From an uncultured delta proteobacterium (GTDB lineage Bacteria; Desulfobacterota; Desulfuromonadia; Desulfuromonadales; JACZKF01), in contig CAWFKQ010000002.1 in NCBI GenBank assembly GCA_963816395.1, positions 32,001 to 96,000 on the forward strand: DNA of 64,000 nucleotides, given 5' to 3'. This document shows, one piece after another, positions 46,681 through 55,323 of the stretch (its first letter is position 1; every line of letters starts with the position of its first letter). The translations under genes were made by a program, and so were the position numbers. The notes below the pieces were generated by a model, which had not been told where the DNA came from, made no database searches, and saw only the letters and a program-made list of their open reading frames with translations.

Positions 46681-49026
46681 CTAGGCAATCTTCTCAATTT
46701 TCTTCAGGATTTTTATCAGGTGCGCCCGAATTCGGGTGCTGTCGGTCATGGCCAGAACCTCGCGGGCGACGCGGGTGGCGGTGCGGCTGTCGAGGTCGCG
46801 CAGAAAAGCCTTGGTGCGGGGGATGAAAGGGGAAGGCATGGAGAACTCGCGGATACCCATGCCGACCAGCAGCATGAATTGGAGGGGATCGGAAGCCATT
46901 TCACCGCAAAGGCAGAGCCCTTTGCCAAGCTTCAGCGCCGTTTGCGTCACCTCCCGGAGGACCTGCAGGACGGCAGGGTGCAACGGCTCGTAATAGCGGT
47001 TGACCAGCGGGTTGTTGCGATCGGCGGCCAGCATGTACTGAATCAGATCATTAGTCCCCAGGGCGAAGAAGTCGACTTCCCTGGCCAGTTGATGGGCGAG
47101 CTGGACCGCCGCCGGCACCTCGATCATTACCCCCAAAGGAACCTCTTCGGCCATCGGCAGGCGCTCGCGGCGCAGGTTTTGCCGCGCCTCCTCAACCACC
47201 TGCTTGCAGGCATGAACCTCCTCCAGGCCTGAGATCATGGGAAAAAGCAACTTGACCTGGCCATGCACTCCGGCCATCAGGATTGCCTCGATCTGGGTGC
47301 GGAAGATGTCGCGGTTGTCCAGGGAGACGCGCACCGAGCGCCAGCCCATGAATGGATTATCCTCTTTGGGTGGGTTGAAATAAGGGAGGACTTTATCCCC
47401 GCCGATATCGAGGGTGCGGATGGTTACCGGGTGGCCGTCGAAACCCTCGATCACCTTGCGATATAGTTGATATTGATCCTCCCGGTCGGGGAAATCGCAG
47501 CGTGTCATGTAAGGGAACTCCGTCCGATACAGGCCGACGCCTTCGGCACCATTGCGCAGTGCCACCTCGACGTCGCTCACCAGGCCGATATTGGCCCGCA
47601 GAACGATGCGCGCCCCGTCGGCGGTCGCCGCCGGGAGGTCGCGGAATTCCTCCAGTCGGTGCAGCTCCCGGCCACAGTCTTCTTCCAGGCGCCGATATTC
47701 CTCAACAATACGCGGGGTAGGATTTAAATAGAGACAACCTGAATTGGCGTCGAGAATGACCCGATCTTCAGTAGAGGCCAATTTCATCACTCCCTTGACC
47801 CCTACCAGGGCGGGAATGCCCAGGCTCTTGGCCATGATCACCGCGTGGGAGTTGCGCTCCCCGGCTTCGGTGACGATCCCCAGAATCTGTTCATGGTCGA
47901 GGGCGGCCATATCCGAGGGGAGGATCTCCCGGGCGATCACGATTCCCGGCGACTTCAATTGCAGGAGATGATTTTCCTGGCCGGCCAGGTTGGCCAGCAG
48001 GCGGCGGCCGATATCCTCCATGTCGGCGGCCCGCTCCCGCAGATAGGCATCCTCCATGCGGCCGAAGGCTTCCACATATTCTCCAACCACTTTCTTCGCC
48101 GCCTGGGGTGCGCTGTGGCCGAGGTCGATTTCGCGATGAATTTTATCCAGAAAGCTGCGGTCCTCGAGAACCATCAGGTGGGTATGGAAGATAGCGGCAT
48201 CGTCCTCGGAAAGGCGTTCGGCAACCCGCTTCTCCAAAAAGAGGGTCTGGATGCGGGTCTTCTCCAGTGCCCCATCCAGGCGAGAGTGCTCCTCCTCGGC
48301 ATGTATCGCCAGTTCATCGAGAATATCGGCAAAGCCTAGACGCTCATCGAGAATGTATCCCACTCCGGAGATCACGCCGGGATAGGCCACTGTGCCGCGC
48401 AGGGCGGATTCCCGCCCTTCTTCCGGCAAGGTCTCCCGCTTCCCCAGGAGTGACTGCCGGGTTTTCTCCAATTCGCGGGCGAAACGGCTGGTTTCCTCCT
48501 CCTTCTGCCGGATGGAATCGAGCAGTCGGGCATTGATGACGATGGAAGCTACCTGGAAGGCAATGGTGGAGAGCGCGCTGATCTCTTCCGCACTGAACTG
48601 GCGTGGCGCTTTGGTCTGGATGACGATGACGCCAAGCGGCGTTTTGCGGTCGAGTAGCGGAAGGCCGAGAAAGGAATGAAATCTTTCTTCCCCCGTTTCC
48701 CGGAAATAACGGTAACGGGGATGACTCTGCGGTTCCTGGATGGCTACCACCCGCCGCTCCTCGGCCGCCAGGCCGGTGAGGCCTTCGCCGAGCTGCAGGG
48801 TGACCTTGCCGATGGCCTTGCGGGAAAGCCCTTTGCTGGCCCGCAGTCGCAGGGCAGAGCCGTTGTCCTCGAGCAGGTAGATGGAACAGACGTCCGAGCG
48901 CATCCGCCGAGCCACCAGCGAGACGATATTGTCGAGGGTTTCCTCCAGATCATGCGATTGCAGGATGAGGGAGGAAATGTCTTCAAGGGTTGTAACTCCG
49001 AGCGCTTCGATGGTCCCTTTGGGCAT
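46681..49026 (-). CDS. ptsP: GAF-containing PEP-protein phosphotransferase (EI-Ntr)
   Basis: N-terminal GAF (DVCSIYL, GEGLTG), NSHAVIMAKSLGIP, GVGLYRTEF, IRTLDIGGDK, GTNDLIQY, CGEMA. Confidence 0.93.
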   Translation of the reverse strand: MPKGTIEALGVTTLEDISSLILQSHDLEETLDNIVSLVARRMRSDVCSIYLLEDNGSALRLRASKGLSRKAIGKVTLQLGEGLTGLAAEERRVVAIQEPQSHPRYRYFRETGEERFHSFLGLPLLDRKTPLGVIVIQTKAPRQFSAEEISALSTIAFQVASIVINARLLDSIRQKEEETSRFARELEKTRQSLLGKRETLPEEGRESALRGTVAYPGVISGVGYILDERLGFADILDELAIHAEEEHSRLDGALEKTRIQTLFLEKRVAERLSEDDAAIFHTHLMVLEDRSFLDKIHREIDLGHSAPQAAKKVVGEYVEAFGRMEDAYLRERAADMEDIGRRLLANLAGQENHLLQLKSPGIVIAREILPSDMAALDHEQILGIVTEAGERNSHAVIMAKSLGIPALVGVKGVMKLASTEDRVILDANSGCLYLNPTPRIVEEYRRLEEDCGRELHRLEEFRDLPAATADGARIVLRANIGLVSDVEVALRNGAEGVGLYRTEFPYMTRCDFPDREDQYQLYRKVIEGFDGHPVTIRTLDIGGDKVLPYFNPPKEDNPFMGWRSVRVSLDNRDIFRTQIEAILMAGVHGQVKLLFPMISGLEEVHACKQVVEEARQNLRRERLPMAEEVPLGVMIEVPAAVQLAHQLAREVDFFALGTNDLIQYMLAADRNNPLVNRYYEPLHPAVLQVLREVTQTALKLGKGLCLCGEMASDPLQFMLLVGMGIREFSMPSPFIPRTKAFLRDLDSRTATRVAREVLAMTDSTRIRAHLIKILKKIEKIA

Positions 49027-49096
49027 TTTGGCCGGCCTGTTTTTATCGGGTGTAAATCGCCGATATCATAACGGAAAGCACAGCCTTTGGCGACAT

Positions 49097-49136
49097 AAAA
49101 AAACGCCGCCCGGGGGAGAGAGGTCCCGGTGCGGCG
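49097..49136 (-). terminator. Intrinsic terminator with a CU-rich loop
   Basis: CGCCGC-A-CCGGG-[ACCTCTCTCC]-CCCGG-GCGGCG-TTTTTTT. Confidence 0.85.
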
Positions 49137-49191
49137 CGAAGGGGGCAGGTTCCGTTCGGCTGGATCTGCTTCAAACCCCGGTAACTTGTGC
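49097..49191 (-). ncRNA. Candidate sigma54-dependent small RNA (~95 nt)
   Basis: Starts 12 nt after a consensus -12 element, contains no ORF, folds into two hairpins, ends in GC stem plus T7. Confidence 0.65.
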
Positions 49192-49201
49192 TCACCTTTT
49201 T

Positions 49202-49218
49202 AGCAATCGTTGTGCCAA
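49202..49218 (-). promoter_or_regulatory. Sigma54 (-24/-12) promoter
   Basis: Minus strand TTGGCAC-AACGA-TTGCT, matches TGGCAC-N5-TTGCW. Confidence 0.85.
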
Positions 49219-49293
49219 CTTTATTAAAATGCCGGAATTGCCTGTAAACACGGGGGAAAAACGGGTTTGAAGAAATCGCCGCGCCGGTCTTTG

Positions 49294-49425
49294 CTGTGCC
49301 ATCGATGGCACAGTGTGGGGGTAGGGAAGGGCGCTAAGAAGAGCGTGCCGGCTGAAAATTCGGGCCTTTTGGCGTGTGCCAGATATGGCAAGGAAGTTTT
49401 GCCGAGTTGTGCCAGATGTGGCTCA
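49294..49425. promoter_or_regulatory. Three palindromic enhancer-like sites TGTGCCA-N4-TGGCACA
   Basis: CTGTGCCATCGATGGCACAG (49294-49313), TGTGCCAGATATGGCAAG (49375-49392), TGTGCCAGATGTGGCTCA (49408-49425). Confidence 0.75.
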
Positions 49426-51711
49426 GTGGGTATCGGTGCCTACATGGTCCCTGCCCCGCAGTCCGTAGCGGGAGAGAAGACGGTAGAACGTTCGGCGTGG
49501 GATGCCGGCCTGGCGGGCGGCTGCGGAAACATTGCCGCCCGCTTCCTGAAGGTAGCGCTTGAGAAGCGCTTTTTCCACCTGACTCAAATGTTTCTCCCGC
49601 TGATTGCGGAAGGTGGTTTCCTGCTCCGCCGGGAGGCCGCTTCCCTGCAGGGACAGTTCGCCGAAGACGACCGGCAGGTTCTCCAGCCGGATAACGCTGT
49701 CCTGGGCCAGCACCGCTGCCCGTTCGAGGACGTTCTGCAACTCCCGGATGTTGCCCGGCCACGGATATTGCCGCATGGCCTGGATCGCCCGGTCCTCGAT
49801 CCCGACGATCGTCTTGTTCAGGCGCTTGCTGGCGCGGTCGAGAAAAGCATGAACAAGCTCCTCCAGTGATTCGTACCGGCTGCGCAGGGGGGGCATGGTA
49901 ATGGTGAAGACATTCAGGCGGTAGAAGAGATCCTCGCGGAACCACCCCTCGCGGACGCCGTTCTCCAGATTCCGGTTGGTGGCGGCGATCAGGCGCACAT
50001 CGACCTTGATCGAGGTGTTGCCGCCGACCGGCCGGATCTCACCGCTGTCGAGTACGCGCAGCAGTTCGGCCTGGACTTTGGGGGTGATATCGCCGATCTC
50101 GTCGAGAAAGATGGTCCCTCCGTTGGCTGCTTCGAACAGCCCCTTGCTGTCGTGGACCGCGCCGGTGAAAGACCCTTTCTTGTGGCCGAACAGCTCACTC
50201 TCCAACAGGTTGTCGGTAAGGGTGGTGCAGTTGACCGTGACCAGCGGCTTGTCGGCGCGGTGGCTGACTTCGTGAATGGCGCGGGCGGTAAGCTCCTTGC
50301 CGGTGCCGCTTTCGCCGCGGATGAGGACGGTGGTGGGGGTGGGGCCGACCTGGTGGATCAGCTTGAGCACATCCAGGGTGCGCGAATCCTTGCCGATGAT
50401 CGCGGTATCACCATACTCCTGCGCCAGGGCGCGCTGCGCCAGGTCATACTTCTGGGCCAGGCTGATGCGGTCCTCCTCCAGGCGTTTGAGGGAATAGGGG
50501 AGGCACATCTCCCGCTCGGCCAGCCCCTGGTAAACGGCCACTGCCAGGTCGCGGCAGTTGGAATAGCCGCAGGCGCCGCAATCGAGCTCGTCCCGTTCGA
50601 CAAACTTGTTGGTCGACTGCAGGATCTGCCGGATGCTCTCGCCGCCCGGCAGTTCCAGGCGCTTGTACTTGTTGGTGAAGCGCCGCCTCAGATCGGGAAA
50701 GGGGAGCGCCTCCCGGTAATGCGGGGCGGTGGCATAGGGGATCCCGGGATTCTGGTAGTACTTCAGGATAATGTTGCGCTTGGAGAAGGTGGTGAGTCGA
50801 TTATTCTTGCCGGGACCGCCAATACAGCCGCCGCTGCAGAAGCGGACATCGACGATGCGCGGGGTGATGCGGCCGGCGGCCAGGTCCTTGATCACCTCCA
50901 GGGCGCTCTCCTCGCCGGCGGTGGTGACGAATTCGGGATTGAAGAAATCGTTGCGGATGCCGAAGGCCTGAAATGGTCCGCCGGCAATGGGGAAGAGCCG
51001 GGCGCGCTCGGGAGGGCGGCCATCGAAGGAGCCGTCGGGCAGGCGGGCGAGGTCCATCCCCCGCTCCTGGAACATGCTGCTCAGCTCCTTGTAGGTAAGG
51101 ACGGTATCGACCGCGCCGGCGACCGGCTCTGCCTCTATTTCGAATTTTCCGGCGATACAGGAGCTGATGTAGATGACCCGCGTCTTCTTGCCCCGGCGGT
51201 CCTTGATGAAGCGGCCGATGGCCACCATCGGCGAGACCACCTGCATCAGATTTTTCAGCAGCTGCGGATAATGACGCTCGATCAGGTCGACGATGGTCGG
51301 GCAGTGGGTGGTGATCAGCGGCGATTCTGCCGGATGCTCGACCATCCTGACGTAGCTGTCGATCAGCAGTTCGGCGCCACTCGCCCCTTCGTGCACCTCG
51401 CAGAAACCAAGGCGCCGCAGACCGGAGACCAGCTGTCCCGGGCGGACATCGTTGAAGAATGCGGGGTAGGAGCAGCCAAGGACCGCCACCACCTCCTCCC
51501 CACCGGCCAGCAGGCGCTCGGTTTCTTTGATGCAGTCGGCGATAACCTTGGCCTGCTGCGAGCACACCTTAATGCACTTGCCGCAGCCGATGCAGCGGTC
51601 GTGGATCACCTCGGCCAGGTCCTGTTTGACCTTGATCGCTTTGACCGGACAATTCCGCACGCAGGAATAGCACTTGCGGCAGCGTTCACGGAGCGTAGTG
51701 ATCGGACCCAT
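49423..51711 (-). CDS. Sigma54 enhancer-binding protein with 2x[4Fe-4S], [FeFe]-hydrogenase-like and FeS sensor domains
   Basis: CRKCYSCVRNCP, CIGCGKCIKVC, TTHCP, SSCIAGKFE, FCSGGCIGGPG, DCGACGYSNC...C, GESGTGKE, GSFTGA, FLDEIGD, WPGNIREL, Fis-type HTH. Confidence 0.9.
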   Translation of the reverse strand: MGPITTLRERCRKCYSCVRNCPVKAIKVKQDLAEVIHDRCIGCGKCIKVCSQQAKVIADCIKETERLLAGGEEVVAVLGCSYPAFFNDVRPGQLVSGLRRLGFCEVHEGASGAELLIDSYVRMVEHPAESPLITTHCPTIVDLIERHYPQLLKNLMQVVSPMVAIGRFIKDRRGKKTRVIYISSCIAGKFEIEAEPVAGAVDTVLTYKELSSMFQERGMDLARLPDGSFDGRPPERARLFPIAGGPFQAFGIRNDFFNPEFVTTAGEESALEVIKDLAAGRITPRIVDVRFCSGGCIGGPGKNNRLTTFSKRNIILKYYQNPGIPYATAPHYREALPFPDLRRRFTNKYKRLELPGGESIRQILQSTNKFVERDELDCGACGYSNCRDLAVAVYQGLAEREMCLPYSLKRLEEDRISLAQKYDLAQRALAQEYGDTAIIGKDSRTLDVLKLIHQVGPTPTTVLIRGESGTGKELTARAIHEVSHRADKPLVTVNCTTLTDNLLESELFGHKKGSFTGAVHDSKGLFEAANGGTIFLDEIGDITPKVQAELLRVLDSGEIRPVGGNTSIKVDVRLIAATNRNLENGVREGWFREDLFYRLNVFTITMPPLRSRYESLEELVHAFLDRASKRLNKTIVGIEDRAIQAMRQYPWPGNIRELQNVLERAAVLAQDSVIRLENLPVVFGELSLQGSGLPAEQETTFRNQREKHLSQVEKALLKRYLQEAGGNVSAAARQAGIPRRTFYRLLSRYGLRGRDHVGTDTH

Positions 51712-51740
51712 GTCAAATCCTGCACAGAGAGATGGAGGGA

Positions 51741-51769
51741 ATTGTGCCAGGGGTGGCACGGGAAGTCAA
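51741..51769 (-). promoter_or_regulatory. Sigma70 promoter of the activator overlapped by a fourth palindrome
   Basis: TTGACT-N17-CACAAT on minus; TGTGCCAGGGGTGGCACG at 51743-51760. Confidence 0.65.
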
Positions 51770-51888
51770 TTTTGAATTTTAAATGTTGAATTTTGAATTG
51801 AAAGGCCTAAATCCACTCGGGTGCTGCCACGGAGAATGTTTCTGTTCTGCCTGAATAATTCAAAATTAAGAATTCAAAATTCAGAATT
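51770..51888. repeat. AT-rich heptamer inverted element (TTTTGAA / AATTCAA)
   Basis: ttttgaattttaaatgttgaattttgaatt ... aattcaaaattaagaattcaaaattcagaatt. Confidence 0.75.
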
Positions 51889-51890
51889 CG

Positions 51891-52880
51891 TCAGCTTTTC
51901 CGGAACTTCCCCACTTCTTCACTGAAATGGCAGGCAGCGAAATGGTTCCCCCCTTTGTCCTCCAGGGGTGGATCGAGGCGGGTGCAGATTTCCCGGGCAT
52001 AAGGGCAGCGGGGGTGGAAGTGACACCCCGGGGGAGGGAAAATGGGCGAAGGGACTTCTCCCTTCAGCAGTTCGTGCTGCCGCCGGCGGGCGGGGTCGGG
52101 GACAGGGACGGCATTCAGCAGAGCTTCGGTGTAGGGGTGGCGGGGAGCCCGGTAGAGGTCGTCGGCCGTGGCCAGCTCAACGATCCGCCCCAGATACATG
52201 ACCGCCACCCGGTCGCTGATATGCTCGATGACCGACAGGTCATGGGCGATGAAAATGTAGGTCAGGCCGAATTCCTGCTGGATATCCTGCAGCAGATTGA
52301 CTACCTGCGCCTGAATGGAGAGATCGAGAGCGGAAACCGGCTCATCGGCGACAATCAGCTTCGGCTGCACCGCCAGGGCGCGGGCGATGCCGATGCGCTG
52401 GCGCTGGCCGCCGGAAAACTCGTGCGGGAAACGGTTGACGTGCTCCTCGCCGAGCCCGACCGTATTCAGCAGACGAACCACTTCTTCGTGGATGCCCTGG
52501 CCGCGGGCCAGACCATGGATGCGAAGCGGTTCGCCGACAATGTCGCCGATCCGCATCCGCGGACTGAGGGAGGAGTAAGGGTCCTGGAAAATCATCTGCA
52601 ACTGCCGTCGCAGAGGCCGCAGCTGGCGTGGCGGCAGCTGCAGGAGGTCCTGCCCGCGAAAGAGCACCTGCCCGCTGTCCGCCTCGAGCAGGCGCAGAAT
52701 CAGTTTGCCGGTGGTTGATTTGCCGCATCCCGACTCCCCGACCAGGCCCAGGGTTTCCCCCTCCTGCAGGGAGAAAGTGATTCCGTCCACCGCCCGCAGT
52801 TTCAGGTGGCGGCCGCCGAGCGGGCCGGGAGCTACGGCGAAGCTTTTCTTGAGTTCTCGAACTTCGAGCAGTGGTGCCAT
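51891..52880 (-). CDS. Oligopeptide/dipeptide ABC ATPase (OppF/DppF-like)
   Basis: [40 protein letters not shown]. Confidence 0.92.
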   Translation of the reverse strand: MAPLLEVRELKKSFAVAPGPLGGRHLKLRAVDGITFSLQEGETLGLVGESGCGKSTTGKLILRLLEADSGQVLFRGQDLLQLPPRQLRPLRRQLQMIFQDPYSSLSPRMRIGDIVGEPLRIHGLARGQGIHEEVVRLLNTVGLGEEHVNRFPHEFSGGQRQRIGIARALAVQPKLIVADEPVSALDLSIQAQVVNLLQDIQQEFGLTYIFIAHDLSVIEHISDRVAVMYLGRIVELATADDLYRAPRHPYTEALLNAVPVPDPARRRQHELLKGEVPSPIFPPPGCHFHPRCPYAREICTRLDPPLEDKGGNHFAACHFSEEVGKFRKS

Positions 52881-53837
52881 CTAGACGCTCCAGCGGCGGA
52901 CAAAATGCCCCGGTGCTACCTCCTGCAGCGGCGGAATTTTCCCCTGCCGGGGCGAGAAAGGTGCAGGACAGGCATCGAGGAAGGAGCTGCCCGGCGGCAG
53001 CTCGGCCAGGGTGGTGCCGCCAACCGGGGCGAGTCGCTTCTTTTTCTCGCCCAGGCGGGGAATGCAGCCGAGCAGCCCCTTGGTATAGGGATGCTGCGGG
53101 TTGGCATAGACCGCCTGCACCGGCGCCTGTTCCATGATCAGTCCGGAGTTCATGATCGCCACCCGATCCGCAGATTCTGCGACCACCCCCAGATCGTGGG
53201 TGATCAGCAGGGTGGCCATTCCTCGCTCCTCCTTCAGTTTTTTCAGCAGTTCCATAATCTGGGCCTGGATGGTGACATCCAGGGCAGTGGTCGGTTCATC
53301 GGCGATCAGCAGCTTCGGGTCGCCGGCCAAAGCCATGGCGATCATCACCCGCTGGCGCATCCCCCCGGAAAGCTGGTGCGGGTATTCGTGGATGCGCCGC
53401 TCCGGCGAAGGAATTCCCACCAGGGTGAGCAGATCAACCGCCGCCGCCTGCGCCTGACGTTCATCCATGCCCTTGTGCAGACGCAGCACCTCGCCAATCT
53501 GGGCGCCGATGCGAAAGACGGGATTGAGGGAAGTCATCGGCTCCTGAAAAATCATGGAGATCTGATTGCCGCGGATGCGCCGCATCTCGTCTTCAGGGAT
53601 GTGCCGCAGATCGCTCCCCCGGAAACGGATCTCCCCTTCAACGATGCGGCCGGGGAGAGGGACGAGGCGCAGGATGGAAAGGGCGGTCATCGATTTGCCG
53701 CAGCCCGATTCACCGACCAGGGCCAGGGTTTCCCCTTCCTGGATGAAGAATTCGATGCCGCGGATCGCCTTCACCAGTCCGCCGGAAGTAAAAAAATAGG
53801 TCATCAGATTGGCGATTTCGAGCAGGGGCGGCATGGC
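52881..53837 (-). CDS. Oligopeptide/dipeptide ABC ATPase (OppD/DppD-like)
   Basis: [38 protein letters not shown]. Confidence 0.92.
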   Translation of the reverse strand, partial: AMPPLLEIANLMTYFFTSGGLVKAIRGIEFFIQEGETLALVGESGCGKSMTALSILRLVPLPGRIVEGEIRFRGSDLRHIPEDEMRRIRGNQISMIFQEPMTSLNPVFRIGAQIGEVLRLHKGMDERQAQAAAVDLLTLVGIPSPERRIHEYPHQLSGGMRQRVMIAMALAGDPKLLIADEPTTALDVTIQAQIMELLKKLKEERGMATLLITHDLGVVAESADRVAIMNSGLIMEQAPVQAVYANPQHPYTKGLLGCIPRLGEKKKRLAPVGGTTLAELPPGSSFLDACPAPFSPRQGKIPPLQEVAPGHFVRRWSV

Positions 53838-53978
53838 ATACCTCTGGGCGGGAAAGCGGGTGTTCAAATTTACACAGGAAATGTTTTTCGGTCAAGCCGG
53901 CCGAGAGGAGTGGCCAATCCTGAAATTTTAGTTTATAATGAACTATAATTAAAGTATGCTATCATCGAAGGAGGGATC

Positions 53979-55181
53979 ATGTTTCGCCCTGAGACCAAAC
54001 AACCGGCGTTGCCCTGCCTGACCGTCGGCGAGCGGCTGGAGAGGATTTTTCACTCCCTGTCGGACGGTCTGATCATTGTCGATGAAGGGGAACGGGTCAT
54101 CTCCATGAACCCGGCGGCGGAGAGGCTTTGCGGGTTGCAGCAGAAGACCCTTTTTTCCGGCTGCCTTGCTGACTGTATCAGCGATCGCCGGATGCTGAAG
54201 CGCCTGCGGGCGGCCGCTGTGGGCCGGGGAGGGAAGCAGCGGTTCGAATGTGAACTGCCGGCCGGGCAGGCCCCCGCCCGGGTGATTACGGTGGAGGCGA
54301 TTGCGCTGGAGGACGGGGAGAGAGAAAACGCCGGGACCGCTTTTCTGCTGCGGGACATCACCCACCAGCGGGAGGTGGAGCGGCTGAAAAGCGAGTTCAT
54401 CTGCACTGCCGCGCACGAACTGCGCACTCCGCTGACCGCCATCATGGGTTTTTCGGAACTGCTCCTGACCCGTCCCGACCTGGAGCCGGAGCAGAAACGG
54501 GATTTTCTCACCTTCATTCATCGAAGGGCGGAAAACCTGGCGGAAATCATCGCCGACCTCCTCGACCTCAGCCGTATCGAAGCCGGGCGGGGATTAGCGC
54601 TCTCGCTGCAGCTTGGCGAAATAAATTCCCTCGTCCGGGATACCGTCCAGCCTTACCATACCTGCTCCTCCCGCCACCGTCTGGAGGTGGTTCTGCCCGA
54701 GCAGCCGATTAAATTGCAGTTGGACCGCGGAAAGATAATCCAGGTGCTGGAAAATCTTCTCAGCAATGCCTTCAAGTATTCGCCCCAAGGGGGCACCATC
54801 GAAGTGAGCGGCATCCTGGTGCCGGGGGCGTTCGAGTTGACCGTCCGGGATACGGGTATCGGTATGTCGCGGGAAGAGGCGGAGCAGGCATTCGATAAAT
54901 TCTACCGCGCCGATCGCAGCCATGCCGCCGTGCAGGGCACCGGTCTCGGGTTGAGCATCAGCAAATACATCGTCGAGGCACACGGTGGCCGCATCTGGCT
55001 GGAGAGCAGGAAAGGGAAAGGAACGGCCGTCTCCTTCGCGCTCCCCCTGGCATTGCAGGAAGGGGAAACGGAAGGGCTCGAGGATGCCGCGGGCCGGCTC
55101 GGCGATCCCTCTCCGGGGAACTGCCTCAGCCCCCCGGCGTCGGCGCTGCCTCCGTCTCCTGCAGGGCCTTCAACGTTTTGA
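53979..55181 (+). CDS. Cytoplasmic PAS histidine kinase
   Basis: PAS, AAHELRTPL, NLLSNAFKY, DTGIG, GTGLGL. Confidence 0.9.
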   Translation: MFRPETKQPALPCLTVGERLERIFHSLSDGLIIVDEGERVISMNPAAERLCGLQQKTLFSGCLADCISDRRMLKRLRAAAVGRGGKQRFECELPAGQAPARVITVEAIALEDGERENAGTAFLLRDITHQREVERLKSEFICTAAHELRTPLTAIMGFSELLLTRPDLEPEQKRDFLTFIHRRAENLAEIIADLLDLSRIEAGRGLALSLQLGEINSLVRDTVQPYHTCSSRHRLEVVLPEQPIKLQLDRGKIIQVLENLLSNAFKYSPQGGTIEVSGILVPGAFELTVRDTGIGMSREEAEQAFDKFYRADRSHAAVQGTGLGLSISKYIVEAHGGRIWLESRKGKGTAVSFALPLALQEGETEGLEDAAGRLGDPSPGNCLSPPASALPPSPAGPSTF

Positions 55182-55323
55182 CGATGACCTCCTTGCGGCT
55201 CCTCAGTAAATTCCGGTAGTCCAACCGGTCGGTATCGGCGATTTCCATGCTCAGGTCCGAAAGGTAGCCATCCAGCACATCTCGCAGAACCTGTTTCTCC
55301 TCCGGGGTGAGATCGAGTGGCAT
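55126..55323 (-). CDS. Small helical hypothetical protein (65 aa)
   Basis: GGAAGGAGG RBS; MPLDLTPEEKQVLRDVLDGYLSDLSMEIADTD... Confidence 0.6.
   Translation of the reverse strand: MPLDLTPEEKQVLRDVLDGYLSDLSMEIADTDRLDYRNLLRSRKEVIVKTLKALQETEAAPTPGG

Noticed and set aside
49294..49425. TGTGCCA repeats as a mini CRISPR array or as extra sigma54 promoters
   Set aside because: Spacing is irregular (80 and 33 bp), the units are 18-bp palindromes, and none has TTGC at the -12 position.
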